From Octopus sinensis (taxonomy: Eukaryota), in contig NC_043014.1 of the NCBI RefSeq assembly GCF_006345805.1, positions 36,270,001-36,334,000 of the forward strand: a stretch of 64,000 bases of DNA, given 5' to 3'. The notes beneath the pieces are model-generated. The model made no database searches. It was not told the DNA's origin and saw only the letters and a program-made list of their open reading frames with translations. The stretch's first letter is position 1. Each line of letters begins with the position of its first letter. Shown piece by piece: positions 42,455 to 57,628 of this stretch. Made by a program: the position numbers and the translations under genes.

Positions 42455-44400
42455 TTACAAATCCGCTTCCACTTTACTATGTTGAAAATTTGATTGAAAT
42501 CGGGCCATTATTACATCATCTATCGTTATCGTTTCTGGCATTTTCTCAATAGTTTTCTTTGGCGCTTGAATGACCGTGTTTAAGGTTTGGCCTTCGCAAT
42601 GCCTACTTTCCGTCGTTGTGGCCTGGAGAACCGCTATCTCTTTCTCTTTTCCATGTAGGACTGGGGCTGCTATCCAGATCACGTCAACTTCTGGTGGGAT
42701 TCCCTCTACGCTAACTTTTAAAGCACGCCTTCTATGGTACATATATATAATAGTATCACTTCATCACTCTTTATAATGGTTGCCGCGTTCTCCCTTGTCT
42801 TTTCTGCCTCTTTAAATATCACCTCTACATTTCCATACTTGCGCCCGGTAAGATACCTTATCTCTTGTCAGATTGGCCTTAGTGCCTTCTCTATTCTGTA
42901 AGTAGTCATTATGTCTATCTTCCCAGCAGCTACTGAATGCGTCTTGTATATAATTGTACATTCTTTCCTATTTTTAACCATTTCCTCTGAGGCGGTTCAA
43001 TTCCACACTGAATCCTTCGTGACTCATCATTGTCATGTAATTTCTTCATTTTTCCAATTCGATTTGAGATTCCTTACACTTTGCGATTCCTGCGAATTTT
43101 TTGTTCTCTATTATACGTTCCTCGTTCAGTTTCTCTATTGTACTCCACGAAATCTCTGATGACGACGATTGCTCCGACTGTTCCGACGAGGACAGCTCTT
43201 AGTAGCTGATATCTTCCTCTTCTGACATCTTTTCTTTTTATTCAGTCTACCTTCCTCTATGAGGAGGGAAAGCACAAATAAACTGCCGCAAGACGGCACA
43301 AACTTAAGTGTTCAAGGAACACTACAACAATTAAACAACAATATAACGCCAGAAAATAATAGAACTTTAGCTCACCAAATTTTTCTCTACTACTGACTGA
43401 CCTTGTTTCTCTATTGCCTACAAGGGCATACAGAGAGGGGACGAACAAGGACAGACTAGACAGCACAAGTGGGACAAACAACATAAACGGATGAATGAAA
43501 TGAAATTATATAAAAATGAAGATTTAATGGCTACTACTCGACCCCACTTCCGTGTTTACCATTTTAACTATATTTTAAACTATTTTTTAATCCAACGTTT
43601 ATCCGAATAATTATCTTAGCAAATTGAAAGCGGTTTCAGTTTTTCGAAATCCAACACAGGAGGCAGAGGATCGTGTCTTATTTCTACCCCTAATGGGTTT
43701 ACTTCGTCCCCAGGTGTACCATTAAAAGTTTGCTTTTAATTTTTTATAGTTTTTCCTGTCAATTAAAATTCATCCCATACCTGGTTCTCTCATGTTTTCT
43801 TCTTCTATATCTCTAATTACTGCCACCATCTTCCTATTTTTTCTTCTATGGCTGCATTCATCCAGTAGTGTGTTATAAATGCTCTGTTTTTATAATTGTT
43901 TTGTGTTTCTTGTGTGTCTGCTTGTATGCCTGCTCGTGCGTAATCACTTAGTGAATCTGTACCGTCACTACGTGAAGTGTTTGTGAGTGCTTGTGAATAA
44001 TTTATTGGTGTTACCGGTCTGTATGTACGTGGTGGTGTAAATTTGTTGGGGATTCTGGACTGTCTGGTATATATTTTCGTGTGTTAGTCGCTGTGTGGGC
44101 GTTTGTGTGTCACTCAGTTACTTTGTCTTCTTTTTTTAGCGTTCTTAGAGGGTGGGGAGTTCTTGATGTCTTTTCCTGTAGTGTTTCTTGGACTTCATCT
44201 GTATTTACCTCCTCTGTATCTTCCTTCAGCTTCTCGTTGCAACTGCTTTCCTCCTGTCTCACCCTCATTTGTGTTTGGCTATCGAGAAGGGGGCAATTTG
44301 CCTTAATATGGTCGACTTTTTCAATTTTATCAAGACATAATCTTTCCAGCCCTTTATTCACGTGGTCTAACGCCATAAACGGCACATTCCGTTTGGCCTA
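42455..44400 (-). mobile_element. LINE ORF1-like remnants, copy B
   Basis: Duplicate of 13257-15200. Confidence 0.5.
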
Positions 44401-44416
44401 AAAACAGGTATTAATG

Positions 44417-46180
44417 AGTTTCCTGGTCCATTTCTACCAGTCCAAAGCTTTTGACAAGGTTGAACATCGGTATCCGGTGCTGGTCCTCTGCTTTCGGGGT
44501 CGGCCTCGTCTTTAGAGGGTGGATCATTGCTTTATACAGTAACATTGACTCGATAGTTCGGGCGAACGGGTTCTTCTTGAAGCCTATCAACATCAAGCAC
44601 TCTGTTCATCAAAGGTGTCCTCTCTCCCCACTTCTGTATGTATTGGCTCTAGAGTTCTTGCTGCGGAAGTTGGAGAGATTAAAGTGCATCCCACGAGATC
44701 TAGGTGGCAGTGGGAAGGTTTCGGCGTATGCGAATGACATCACCATCATAGTGTCCGAAATGGTACACCTACAGAGGGCAGGCAACGCCATTAAAGGCTA
44801 TGAGGCAGGAGCAAAAGTTAACTGGAATAAGTCAGTCGGCTTGCAACTCGGCACCTGGCAAGGCAAGACGATACCTCCCAACAACATCGTAGGGCGTTGG
44901 GCGGAGGGGCTGGTTAAAATGTTAGGGGTTTAGTTTGGCCAGATCTCCAGATAATGAATTGGAGCGAGGTGACGAGCAGGGTGATCCAGCTAACTCAGAC
45001 CTGGTCTCAGTGGCGGCTCTCCCTGAAAGGAAGGGCAGAGGCCGCAGTTGTGTTTATCGGTTCCGTGATTAACTACCGCCTAACCGTCGTGCCTTGCCCC
45101 CGTTCGTGGCTGATCAATTTAGAGGTCTGCTCTTCCGTTATTTTGTGGAGTAGAAGCGCTCTGTCTGCTGCCAGTACCCGCTAAATGGTGGGCAAGGGAT
45201 GTCTTGGCTGTTGAAGCGCAGACGTGCGCTGATGCTGAGGTATCTGTGTCTCTACCTGGATAGTGAACAGGTGTGGTCTCCGTTCGGTCGGTTGTTATTT
45301 CCTAAGCTTACTAATTTGAGTGAACTAGGACCTTGGGTCAAGTGTAGACGAAAGTTGAGTGCTTGGCAAGCGAAGTGTTGTGAGGCACTCAAGCTTCTCT
45401 GTCACGTGGGCAACGCCAGCGGTGGGGGGGGGGTTCCACCTCGTATTTTTATAGAGGGTTAGTTGAGGTCCAGTGTGACGACGATGTGGGTGAAGACTCT
45501 AGGCTTCGATGATGGTCAACTAGCCTGTCTGTTCCGAAGGACATTTGGGCCAGGACCCTTGGATAACTTCCAAAGATTCCCCGCCTGGCAGTGTTACTGA
45601 GGAGCCTTACCAATTCGCGATAAACTCGCAAAGCATGGTGCACCTTGCGCACCCGCGCGCCCAAGATGCGAGCAGGACAGGGAAACTGTTCTGCACGCGA
45701 TTGTACAATGACCCAAAATTTCCGAAATGTGGGTTTACCTTGAACACACGCTGACGCGGCCGGGAAGAGTACAACTGTCTTTCGAGTCGATTGTATAGAT
45801 TGTTCCTGCCTCCTCTTTTAACAAAGAAGGCATCGCTCGTTTTCTCATTGTGGTCGCTATACCGAAAGAAGTAGTATGGAAGACCCACGTGAAAAGAATC
45901 GTGAGAGGCATTTTCATCTCCAGCCTTGGACTGGTTAATTTCCTCATCTACCATCTTAAGAGAAAAATTAGGGTGGAGATAAATGCCTGTCACCTGATTT
46001 ATACGGAAAACGATGGAAGGCTGTAGCGAGTTTGTTGAGAATGAAGAATCCGCATAGTATATCCATAAGATTATACAAAACGGTTACAATGGTTGCATGG
46101 GTTTGCGGGGTCGAAGCGAAACCCGTCCCCCATTTCATTGTATGGTTATTGTTTGGTATCATCCTATTTATATAAATTCT
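44417..46180 (+). mobile_element. Degenerate Tx1/L1 ORF2, copy B
   Basis: Duplicate of 15220-16990. Confidence 0.85.
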
Positions 46181-47098
46181 TAACGTAAATTTTTAACTAT
46201 TCATCTATTCTAAAATCATTCGTTTTATCCACTCCTCCCTCATTTGTATCGTCCCCTCTATGTTTGGCCCCTGTGGGCAATAAAGAAATAGTCGTTCTTG
46301 TTCTTTGAGTTGCTGTTGGTGACTGCAGGGAATGGTGGGACAGCGTAGGGCAGGGTGGGAGTAGGGTAGAAATTCACATTTTCGCCTTGATTTCTTCTTT
46401 TCCCTCTCTTCCGTTTCTTTGGTGCCGTATTCCATCCATGTTTCTCCTCTGCCACCTGATTATCTTCCTCCTTCTTCGGTTCCTTTTTGCTCACATATGA
46501 CATCGCAAGCGGTGGAGGTGCGCTTTCTTTCGTTGGTCCTTTGCGGCAGGTGGAGTGTATCCTGTTTTATGTGCCTTTTTGGCCGCATTTAAAGCAACAG
46601 TGAGTCATACCACTTTGCCACGTGAAACGGGGTGCACCATTTCTCTACTACTGTGTGTATAGTGTGCGCGTGTGTGTATGCATGTGTGTGTGCGTGTGCG
46701 TGCGTCCCTGCGTGGGTACGTGTGTACATGCGTTCGTGCATGTGTATGTACGTATTTATAAAGAGAAAGTCCGCTTTTCCGTGCTGTACGGACCTTTTCA
46801 CTACAATTTCCGCCATAAGGAGGACTTTATGCAAACCATGTCATATAGAGTGCATTTAAAGGATGCAGCTTCTTATATCAACTTAATGTCTCTAGAATCT
46901 TAAAAAAGAAAATATATAAATTTGGTTAATCGTAATGATATACCTGTCAAGGATAAATATAATTGTCAATATAACCGTGAGTGGATGTACAAATTTACTG
47001 AAAGGTGTAATTTAACCAGAAATATTGTTTCATGAGACGTTAATGTACAAGAATATATAAAGGCGTTAAGGAAGATAACACAAAGAAAATTTGTTTAC

Positions 47099-47404
47099 CT
47101 GTTTTGCTGGTGAGCTGTAGAGTGCGTGATTCACTGTATACAGAACATGAGACGCTTGAGTTACCAATATCCCCCTCTCTTATAACGAATTTCTTAAGTG
47201 ACGCTGCTGGAGATAAACACTTTCCATGAGGTCGAACATCCACTTCCTTCACATTTATCCATTTGTGGTGTTTTGTCTCATGACTCCATAAAAAGTCAGT
47301 AGCGCCAAAAGGTGCACCGATGTATGCTGAACATCTGAAGATCGCTAACATGTTTACTTTAGCGGGCGGGTTAAGAAATTCAAGTTTCTTCATGTAAGAT
47401 CTCA
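47099..47404 (-). CDS. Two-Ig gene copy B, exon 3: second Ig-like domain (diverged)
   Basis: 306 nt, phase 1-1, same splice sites as copy A; 8 amino-acid replacements plus a 1-codon indel relative to A. Confidence 0.8.
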
Positions 47405-47608
47405 CTGAAAAGAAAATAAAAGAAAAAAACGAAAAGGCGAAGTAGTGGCTGTGTAGTAAGTAACTTGCTAACCAACCACATGGTTCGGGGTTCAGTCCCA
47501 CTGCGTGGCATCTTGGGCAAGTGTCTTCTGCTCTAGCCCCGGGCCGACCAATGCCTTGTGAGTGGATTTGGTAGACGGAAACTGAAAGATGCCTGTCTTA
47601 TATATGTA

Positions 47609-47717
<109 letters not shown>

Positions 47718-48958
47718 TGTTTGTCCCCCTAGCACTGCTTGACAACCAATGCTGGTGTGTTTACGTCCCCGTCACTTAGCGGTTCGGCAAAAGGGACCGA
47801 TAGAATAAGTACTGGGCTTACAAAGAATAAGTCCCGGGGTCCATTAGCTCGACTAAAGGCGGTGCTCCAGCATGGCCGCAGTCAAATGACTGAAACAAGT
47901 AAAAGAGTAAAAAGAGTAAAGAGAATCGAAATATGCTTATCTTCGAACAAAGGGCCTCACAATAAAGAATAGTTTCTCTAATGTAAACTACAATCTTCAT
48001 ACAAACTAAAACATTTGACAACACTCCAATTATTGTTAATCTGGACTTTGGGAACTGTTGCTTGGAAGTGGTTAACTGTGTAAGCAGTGCTAAGGCTGTG
48101 TGGAGCCAAGTCACTAGCAATAACTCCACAACAGATGAATGACACATTCATACACGTGTATATTTACTTACACATAAGCATGTATTTGTGTGCAATTATA
48201 TATATTTGCGTGTGTGCGTGTATGTATGTGTGTGTGTGCGCATGTATGAATATGTGGACACATATATAGATACATATATATACACATACGCAAACATATT
48301 TACATACATTCATGCTGCATATACAGACATGCACTTAGCGGTTCGGCAAAAGAGACCCATAGAATAAGTACTGGGCTTACAAAAATAAGTTCCGGGGTCG
48401 ATTTGCTCGACTAAAGGCGGTGCTCCAGCATGGCCGCTGTCAATGACTGAAATAAGTAAAAGAGAGAAAAGAAAGAGAGGGATTAAGCATGCTGGACGGT
48501 ACCTACACCAGAATGTTACGTGCAGTGCCCTACATTTAATGGAGGGAGCACCCAACTAAACAAAGGTTATATGGGAATGTATCAACTTTCTCATCAATCA
48601 TCTAAGAGCGGACATTGGGTTTTGCTGACCATTGCTGGAGAAGTAAAGAAGAACTTGTGAGTAACGAGTTGTTGTGGGCACCAAATCACGGTACCACAGC
48701 GACTGGAAGACCACGGAAGACATATATACAACAGCTTGCAGAAGATGTTGGATGCCAAGTTGAAGGCCTAAAAACACTAATGGAAGATCGGGAGTGATGG
48801 AGAGAGGTAGTCAGGCTGGCCTGGGCAATTGACCTGACTGGATGAAACTTGTGTTCGATAGTGCAATAGAAACACGCAATAGAAATAAAAATAAAGACAA
48901 TGGAGTTGAATACGTGCAAAACAAGAAACGGAAGTAAAAATAGAACGAGTAAACTGAC

Positions 48959-49292
48959 CTCTTACAACTCTAGGTTTTGAAGATCCTTCATTTGTTGAAC
49001 ATTTGTAGTATGTCGCATCCTCACAAGAGGGATAACGTTTCGTGCAGGTAATCACACCTTTCTTATCTGCAGGGAATGTAGGTACAGTACAGTCAAAACC
49101 CTTTTTCTTGGTTACTACCTCAAAAATTGCTTTCTTACATTTGAAAATCGATTTGAACAATAACTTCACTGTGATTTCGCACGAGAAAAAACTGAATAAG
49201 ATTTTTTATAGCATACCGACATTTTATAGTTAAGAATGTTCTGTTTGCAAAATCAATATTGCTTGAAGGTAACACATCTGCAATCTCAATAA
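48959..49292 (-). pseudogene. Two-Ig gene copy B, exon 2 (V-type Ig) with 1-nt insertion; pseudogene or consensus error
   Basis: Identical to 19753-20085 except an extra A at ~49139 (ttacatttg vs ttactttg), giving ...DFQM* on the minus strand; 334 nt; splice sites intact. Confidence 0.65.
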
Positions 49293-49840
49293 CTGTATAG
49301 AAGAAAAAAACATAAATCAGAGATAGATGTTATAAAAAAATATAAATGTAACTATAGAGAAGAAGAAGAAGAAGAAGAAGAAGAAGAAGAAGAGAAGAAG
49401 AAGAAGGAAAATAAGAAGAAGAAGAAGAAAAGAAGAAGAAGAAGAAGAAGAAGAAGGAAGAAGAAGAAGAAGAAGAAAAGAAGAAGAAGAATGACAGAAG
49501 TAGGAAAAAGAGAACCAATTAAAGTAACGGTTGTTGTGAATACGGATTACATCTATCCACAAATAAAACTTTGCAGATAGTTTTTGATATTTATTATTAT
49601 ACTGACATACCTGTGTCGCCAAAATGCCGACAGTTTAATTAATCATAGAAAATAGTTCATCAACACAATGGGAAAAACCTGTGATAGATGTCATCAATGT
49701 GGTAAATATATGCACATGCACTCAAGTTAAGCTCTTTAAGTATTAAATACGGTTCTAACGTCTCAGTTGAAAATATCTTGATACATAAGTATGTATTTAC
49801 GGACGGACACACGGAGTTACACATACACACACACACACAC

Positions 49841-49994
<154 letters not shown>

Positions 49995-51119
49995 CGAAGA
50001 GAAAATTCAAAAATTCGAACGAACCACGACGCGAAGCGCTGTCAGACAATAGTGTAATAAATAAAAATATATGCATATATACAAACATATATGTACGTAC
50101 CGACATCTACATGTATATATACGTGCATATATAAATATATATACGTGAGTACAGGACACCACACAACTAGACGGGGAAGGTAAAGCAAAGGGAGAGAATT
50201 TCGCGTCATAATTATATTATAAATATTATAAAACATACTGGGGGGAAAAAAGAGACGGAACGAAGCGAAAATTCGAAAATTCGAACGAACCACGACGCAA
50301 AGCGCTGTCAGACAATAGTGTAATAAATAAAAATATATGCATACATACAAACATATATGCACGTACCGACATCTACATGTATATATACATGCATATAATA
50401 ATGTTTTCCTTGTTTTCGTTCGTCTCTTTTTTTTTTTTTTGTTGTAAAAAAAAGGCTTGTCCGTTTTCGTCTTTCGCTGAATTCTACGTCTAGTTGTGGT
50501 GTCCTGTACTCACGTATATATATTTATATATACGTGAGTACAGGACACGAGAACAAAGGCCTTATAGTTTAGTTTGTTTTCTTGTTATTTTGATTTCTCG
50601 TATTGTATTTTATCTCTCGTTTGTATTTTCTTGTACATGTATTTTAATTTTGTATTTTCTTGTTATTTTTTTTTTTATTGTGCAGTTCTATTCTTACGTC
50701 CGTTTGTTTACATTTTTTCGTGCTTCTTTTTACCCCTCTGCGAGTTATTTTATTTAATTCTTTCGCAGGAAGGCCTAGTTATTGACGAGTCATATCCGGT
50801 CTTGCCTTCGAAACACGCTTGAGTCTGCTAGTGACAGCTGATGATTGGGGATTTTTTCCTTTTGTGGTGTGTCCTGTACCTTGTTTTTCTGTTGTAAAAA
50901 ATAATGTTTTCCCGTTTTCGTTTCGTCTCTGTTCTTTTTGTTGTAAAAAAATGGCTTGTCCGTTTTCCTTTTTCGTTGAGTTCTACGTCTAGTTGTGGTG
51001 TCCTGTACTCACGTATATATATTTATATATGCATGTATATATACATGTAGATGTCGGTACGTACATATATGTTTGTATGTATGCATATATTTTTATTTAT
51101 TACATTATATATATATATA

Positions 51120-51164
<45 letters not shown>

Positions 51165-52319
51165 ATTATATAATATATATATAGGCATACATTCATACAT
51201 ACATTCATGTATATCATATATAGAAAGAGAGAGACAGGTTTATATATAGATATAATGGTTGATACATCTATACATTAGTATATATGCATGCATATCTATG
51301 CATTTATTTATCGAAATATTTCTGCCTCACTCACTCTCTTTCTCTCTCTCTCTCTCTCACTCTCTCTCTAGGAGTCACTGTAAGACGCTTAATTCCCAGC
51401 CGTATAGCTGTGAAGCAAGTGTCTTAAAATATTAGAATTATTGTCATTTGCCTTTTCTGAACAGCCCTACAACATGATAGAATACTGCTCATAGAGACAA
51501 AATATAAAAAACTTTAAATATTTTTATCAAATAATCTTGTTGTTAAAATAATTTATTCAAAAATGGACTTTAAAAAGCCACACTACAAAAAGTTAAACAA
51601 AAAGATTCATTTTTTATAAAAAGTAATTTATACTAAAGAAAATAAATAGAACATTTGTATTGATTTGTGTTGTCGTTTGTCTTTTGTTGTGTGTGCAACT
51701 AAGAAATAGTTTAGTTCATACATGTCTAGTCCCTTTAATTCAAAATGCCGATGTCGGGCTTTCTTACCCGTCAGTCAACCAGTTTGGTCTATACACTTTT
51801 TCTCTTTTGTTCTACTGCACCAGACTTTAAGTATTTTATGTCTAAATGTAGCTTATCACAAGTCAAACATGATTTTATAAAACTAAATTTGATTTGGATT
51901 AAAACTGAATTAGTGAGAATACTTGGAAGACGCCAACTGCAACAAAAAGCTACGTTAAGAATATTATTCAACTGCTACCGTTGTGTACACATTAGTTTTT
52001 ATGTGTATATACAAGTTCGAAAGAACATATGATGATATATGCTACATTTTATAGGGTCTACAGGAAACATTCATATATGCAAAATTGTTCAAAATTATAT
52101 ATAATTATATATAATAATTGTTCTAATTTATTTATTCGTACTAATATAAACTTTTGTCTTAGTAAATAAGAAAGTAACACAAATTTACTTGGTTTATCAG
52201 AGGAGAATAGCATCATTAATCAATGTTTATTATATATTGATTGAAATGGTTCTTTTTCTTAGTTTGATTTATAATAATATATTTGTATATTATTTAAGTA
52301 ATATTAATACATTTTTTCG

Positions 52320-53190
52320 CTGGTCTCAATGGAGAAATTACCGATTCACTTATCTTTAAAAGACTTTCCTATTCCACCTAGAAAAGATTTCATGAAGGAT
52401 CTAATTAATAAGACTTTTGAATTCATTCATAGAATCCGTTGGGTGGCTTTTTACCAAGATAAGGATTTTATAAAAGAAAATAAACCTCATAAAGAAGATA
52501 CTGAACTATTTAAAAAGAACTTTCAGACAAAGAAATTTCCACCACCAAACCTCAATTTGGAGGCTTTTGAAGACAATTTATGGAATATTGTCAAGAATAT
52601 TAAATTTGTTAAATATTCCCTCTGGGAAATTGAACGTTTAAAGAAACTAAATTCTCTACTATGTGATCTTAAAAGAAAAAAATGGAATTATGGAGCAATG
52701 AAACTTATATGATTAGGATCTATTAAAATATCATGAATAAATGAAGAAAGAGATTACTAGTCATTATAAAGTAGTAAGTAAAAAGTTTTAAGGTTCATTA
52801 ACTTAGAAGCTAAGAAAATTATGAATGACAAGGACCTTGGTGATAGAACAGAGAGTTTTGTGTCTATGAGGCCTAGGAAAACTTTAAAAGATCATAAGGA
52901 AAACAACTTTTTTAACTCTAAAGTGAGAATAATTTTCCCAGGCTGATCTGACCTGAGTACATTAAGTAAAGTTTTTCTTCATATGTGTATACTTAAGAAA
53001 AACATATACGCAAAAATCTATTATTTTATTTGATAATAAGTCATGGGCTAGAGAAAGTAGCAATGATTTTTTGACATTACCATGGGATCTGCGGGTTCTG
53101 ATCTATACATTCTATTTTATTTTAGTAATAAATTTCCAGATATTAAAGGTGGACTGTATAGAGATGATGTGCTGTTTTTGAATAATAGTG
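52320..53190 (+). mobile_element. Penelope-like RT remnant, copy B
   Basis: Duplicate of 23240-24110. Confidence 0.75.
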
Positions 53191-53545
53191 ACACCTTCAG
53201 CAAGTGTCTTCTACTATAGCCTCAGGTCGAGCAAAGCCTTGTGAGTGGATTTGGTAGGCGGAAACTGAAAGAAGCCTGTCACATATATATGTCTATGTCT
53301 ATGTATATATGTATATATATATCTATGTGTATATGTCTGTGTTTGTCTCCCCATCACCACTTGACAACTGGTGTTGGTGTGTTTACGTCTCCGTAACTTA
53401 GAGGGGGTTGACAAAAGGAGCGATAGAATAAGTACCAGGCTTAAATTATAAGTAGTGGAGTCTATTCAATCGATTAAAATCTCAAAACGGTGCCCCAGCA
53501 TGACTGCAGTCTAATAACTGAAGTAAGTAAAAGACAAAAGATGAA

Positions 53546-53600
<55 letters not shown>

Positions 53601-53617
53601 TATATATATATAATATA

Positions 53618-53659
<42 letters not shown>

Positions 53660-56046
53660 ATGGATAGATAGATAGACATGTTTCTTTATTAGCCACACAG
53701 GGCTGCACACAGACGGGACGGATTACAAAGTAGAGCTGTTCCTTATGGGGGGGGGGGGGAAAGAAAAACAGTGGGGTAGGTTTTCGATGAAAAGGGATCG
53801 TAAAAGGGAAAGAAAGAAAAATAACGATCAATAGGGATCGTGTATCACAGTAATGTCATGATGTAAAGTGTAAGGGGGAAAGTAAACAGGGTTTATCCGT
53901 GGAAAGAGAAGCCTTCGGAAAATACCCCGGTAACCTCGGTCAATAATGTTAAATGTTAACATTTATAGATAGAGGAAAGGGTAGTACAAATGTCAAAACC
54001 ATACACTTCAGCCTACAAACTTTTGCTAAAATACATTCAAATATGCTTAAGTTAAATTCTTCATAATAAGGATGGATTTATGGTTTTGACATTTGTACTA
54101 CCCCTTCCTCTATCTATAAATAAAAAAATTCTTGTTTGTCTCCATTGAACCAAGATAAGAAACCCCCTCCCCACTGATAGATCTAAATAGCAAAGTGAAC
54201 TCAGTGATAAGAAATCTACCAATGGAGAAGGACATACTACCACCACGTTCTTAATGATGAAATTAACCTCTCTGTCTATATATCTACCCTCTTTGTAATG
54301 TTGGCAAATGAAATAAGTATAAAAATGTACATTGTCCATTTAATTAAAAATAACTTTTATATGTGGCTGAAGATTGCTCGACATTTAACAACTGACGTAA
54401 TACTTACAATGTTTAATAAAATGAAGTAGCATGAAACAATTGTACTTCACTACCTTGGATATCCTTGTTGCTTATTTTGATTATAATCACCCCATTTGAT
54501 TTATATGGATAATACCATACCAATATCTGGTGCCTTAAAATTAAGTACCATATTCATCTGGATCTAAATTTTGTTGAACTTTATATATACATACATATAT
54601 GTATTTGTATATTTATTTATTCATTTATTTATATTACCTCAACATCCAAACTTCCTCATTCTACATTGAGAGAAAGACGGGATGGACGCTTCATTTTTGT
54701 GCTGGTGCCGCATTATGTCGTACGCGACTGAGAGGATTTGCATCCCCAACGTAGAATTTTTGATGTAATACATGTCCTTGAAGTAGTAATTGTGCGCGGC
54801 TGAAGAAGGCCATAGACACACATTATGCATTGTTATAAATCCGTCTAATAAAGGCCCGAAACATATGTACCGCTGAATCCTTGGCATCATGATTTTATTT
54901 TGATTAATATATATATATAGTAGAAATATGTTATAAAAAGAAAATATAAAATACACGTAGAAATGTAAGGGTAAAATATGAAAAATCAACGAAAATGCAC
55001 ATTGCAAATAAAAAAAGGCTATTTATGACAGGTAACGACAAATATATACATTTAGATTGACTGAGGTAGTAATACGAGTCATAAAAGTCATTATTATGAG
55101 ATGATTATAAGATGATAACAAAGTAAGAGAACAAAACGATCCATGGTTTACGCAAAGCTATCCATCGTTTCAAAAACACCGGCTAATATCATATATATAT
55201 ATATCATATATATATAACAGAAGACGAAGACAGCAGGTGTATTATTTTAACGCTCGGGATGAAAGCAAAATTTTTTAAGTCTCGAGCCTATGCTTTTCGA
55301 CAAAAAGGATTAAGAGGAAAAAAAACGGAGAGAGAATGAAGAAAACTGTGAAAGAATAAAGAAAATTGGGTAAGAAAAAAGGAAGTGCAGAGAAAAATTG
55401 TCCAACATGGCGAGATGACCGGAAAATAGAGGTTGAATGAAAGTGAGATAATAATCATAACGATAACGGTAATATCCAAGGATCTTAGGTGCACAAGCGC
55501 ATGTGTGTTTGGGAGGACAGTGTCTGTGAATGTGTTTATGTGAATGGATGCTAGTGTGTGAGTAAGTATGAGTGGGTTAGCTGAAAATTATGTTGACTTC
55601 TGTGTGTCAGTGTGTACATTATGTGAAGTGACATGCATTCCATGTACTGGCTGGGGTGAGTGTGTGCGTACGGTTGTATCTAATTTTTGTGCTCCCAAGG
55701 GCACGCTACTGATTATGTGAGAAATTTCAATAGTCTAAAGCAGTGCTTTTCAAACTTTTTGCTGGAGCGGAACCACAAGGAAACATTCCACTGGCTCGAG
55801 GAACCCCTGTGCAATAATTTAATAGTCTTATGTACACATATCTGCACAGGAGAATTAAAAATTACTGCCGATTTTAGCAGTTTTTTAACTTCTTGCGGAA
55901 CCCCTGGAGAGTGCTGGCGGAACCCACTGGTCTAAAGCCATCCCTGGAACATAAGTAATGTACGTTCGCAGTTTGGAGGAAATCAGTTGAAAAATACTGT
56001 CTTTATAAACTTTTACAAACACAGACAGAACGGGATATATATGTGC

Positions 56047-56081
<35 letters not shown>

Positions 56082-57129
56082 TGTATGTATGTATGTATGT
56101 ATGTATGTATGTATGTATGTATGTATGTATGTATGTATGTATGTATGTATGTATGTATGTATGTATGTATGTATGTATGTATGTATGTACGTCCGTATGT
56201 ACGTATGTATGTATGTATGTATGTATGTATGTATGTATGTATGTATGTATGTATGTATGCATATATGTATGTATATATGTATGTGTGTGTGTGTGTGTTT
56301 GTGTAAAATTAACCTAGTGTATGTGTTGTGTGGAGAAATGTGCGTTTTGTGTATTCCCCTGTGTGTGTGTGTGAATATGGACGTGTGTATATTTGTGAAG
56401 CTAACGTGTCTGTGTGCGCGTGTGTCTGTTGTGTTGCACGTGTAGCCGTTCATGTGACCTTATTCAGGTAGTGTGTGCACGTGTGTATGTGTGTTTATCT
56501 GTAATCAAATAGTGTGCACATCTATAGTGTATTTTTGTAGCGAATGTTATCCGTGTCAATGCGTGTTTATGCGTGTTGCGTGTGTATCTATATATTCTCT
56601 GTGTTCAGATATTATGTGTTTGTGTGGGTGTGAGAGTGTGCATGATGGTGTGTGGTGTGTGTACTGAATTAAACAGTGTGTTGTGATGTTCGTATTATGG
56701 TATTTGTGGCGAGCTGGCAGAAACGTTAACACGCCAGGCGAAATGTGTAACCGTATTTCATCTGCCGTTACATTCTGAGTTCAAATTGCGCCGAGGTCGA
56801 CTTTGCCTTTCATCCTTTCGGGGTCGATAAATTAAGTACCAGTTTCGCACTGGGGGTTGATGTAATCGACTTAATACCTATGTCTGTGCTTGTTTGTCCT
56901 CTCTCTCTGTGTAGCCCCTTGAGGGCAGTAAAGAAATAGGTATTTGTGGTGACGCTGTTGAAAAGTGTATGTCGGAGTGTAGATAATATGTGTGTGTGTG
57001 TGTGTGTGTTTGTGTGTCTGTGTGTGCGTGTGTGTATACTGTGTCTTTCAAATATGAAAGCATGTTATCTAAGAGAAGAAGATTCAGTGTTGTAACAGAA
57101 GAAAATATTGTTTCTTAATATTAACTTAC

Positions 57130-57175
57130 AAGCCGAGATGTAAGAAGACATCAGTAACATCATAACTAACAACAT
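57130..57175 (-). CDS. Two-Ig gene copy B, exon 1: signal peptide MLLVMMLLMSSYISA
   Basis: Same structure as 28083-28128 with one T>I change; T|GTAAGT donor. Confidence 0.75.
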
Positions 57176-57475
57176 TGTTGATCTTGTGTCACAGGTATAA
57201 GGCAGGAGGAGAAATGATTGTCGGCTTCCAGAAAGCAGAAATTTTACGAAAAGATATCTCTTACAAATAGCGTAGTCGAAATGGCCAAACATAATAGAAA
57301 TAGAGAGAAAAACGCATGTCCAACTTGAAGTGTGAGTGAACTGAAAGTCCCATCTTTCTGTTTCTTTCTTTTTCTCTCTCTATCTTTCTCTTTCTCCCTC
57401 TCTCTGTCTGTCTGTTTCTCTCCCTTTCTCTTTTCTGCTTCGAGAGGGCAGGTAAAACGTAGATAGATAGATAGG

Positions 57476-57511
<36 letters not shown>

Positions 57512-57514
57512 GAG

Positions 57515-57548
<34 letters not shown>

Positions 57549-57596
57549 ATAGATAGAGAGATAGATAGATAGGTAGGTAGATAGATAGATAGATAA

Positions 57597-57628
<32 letters not shown>

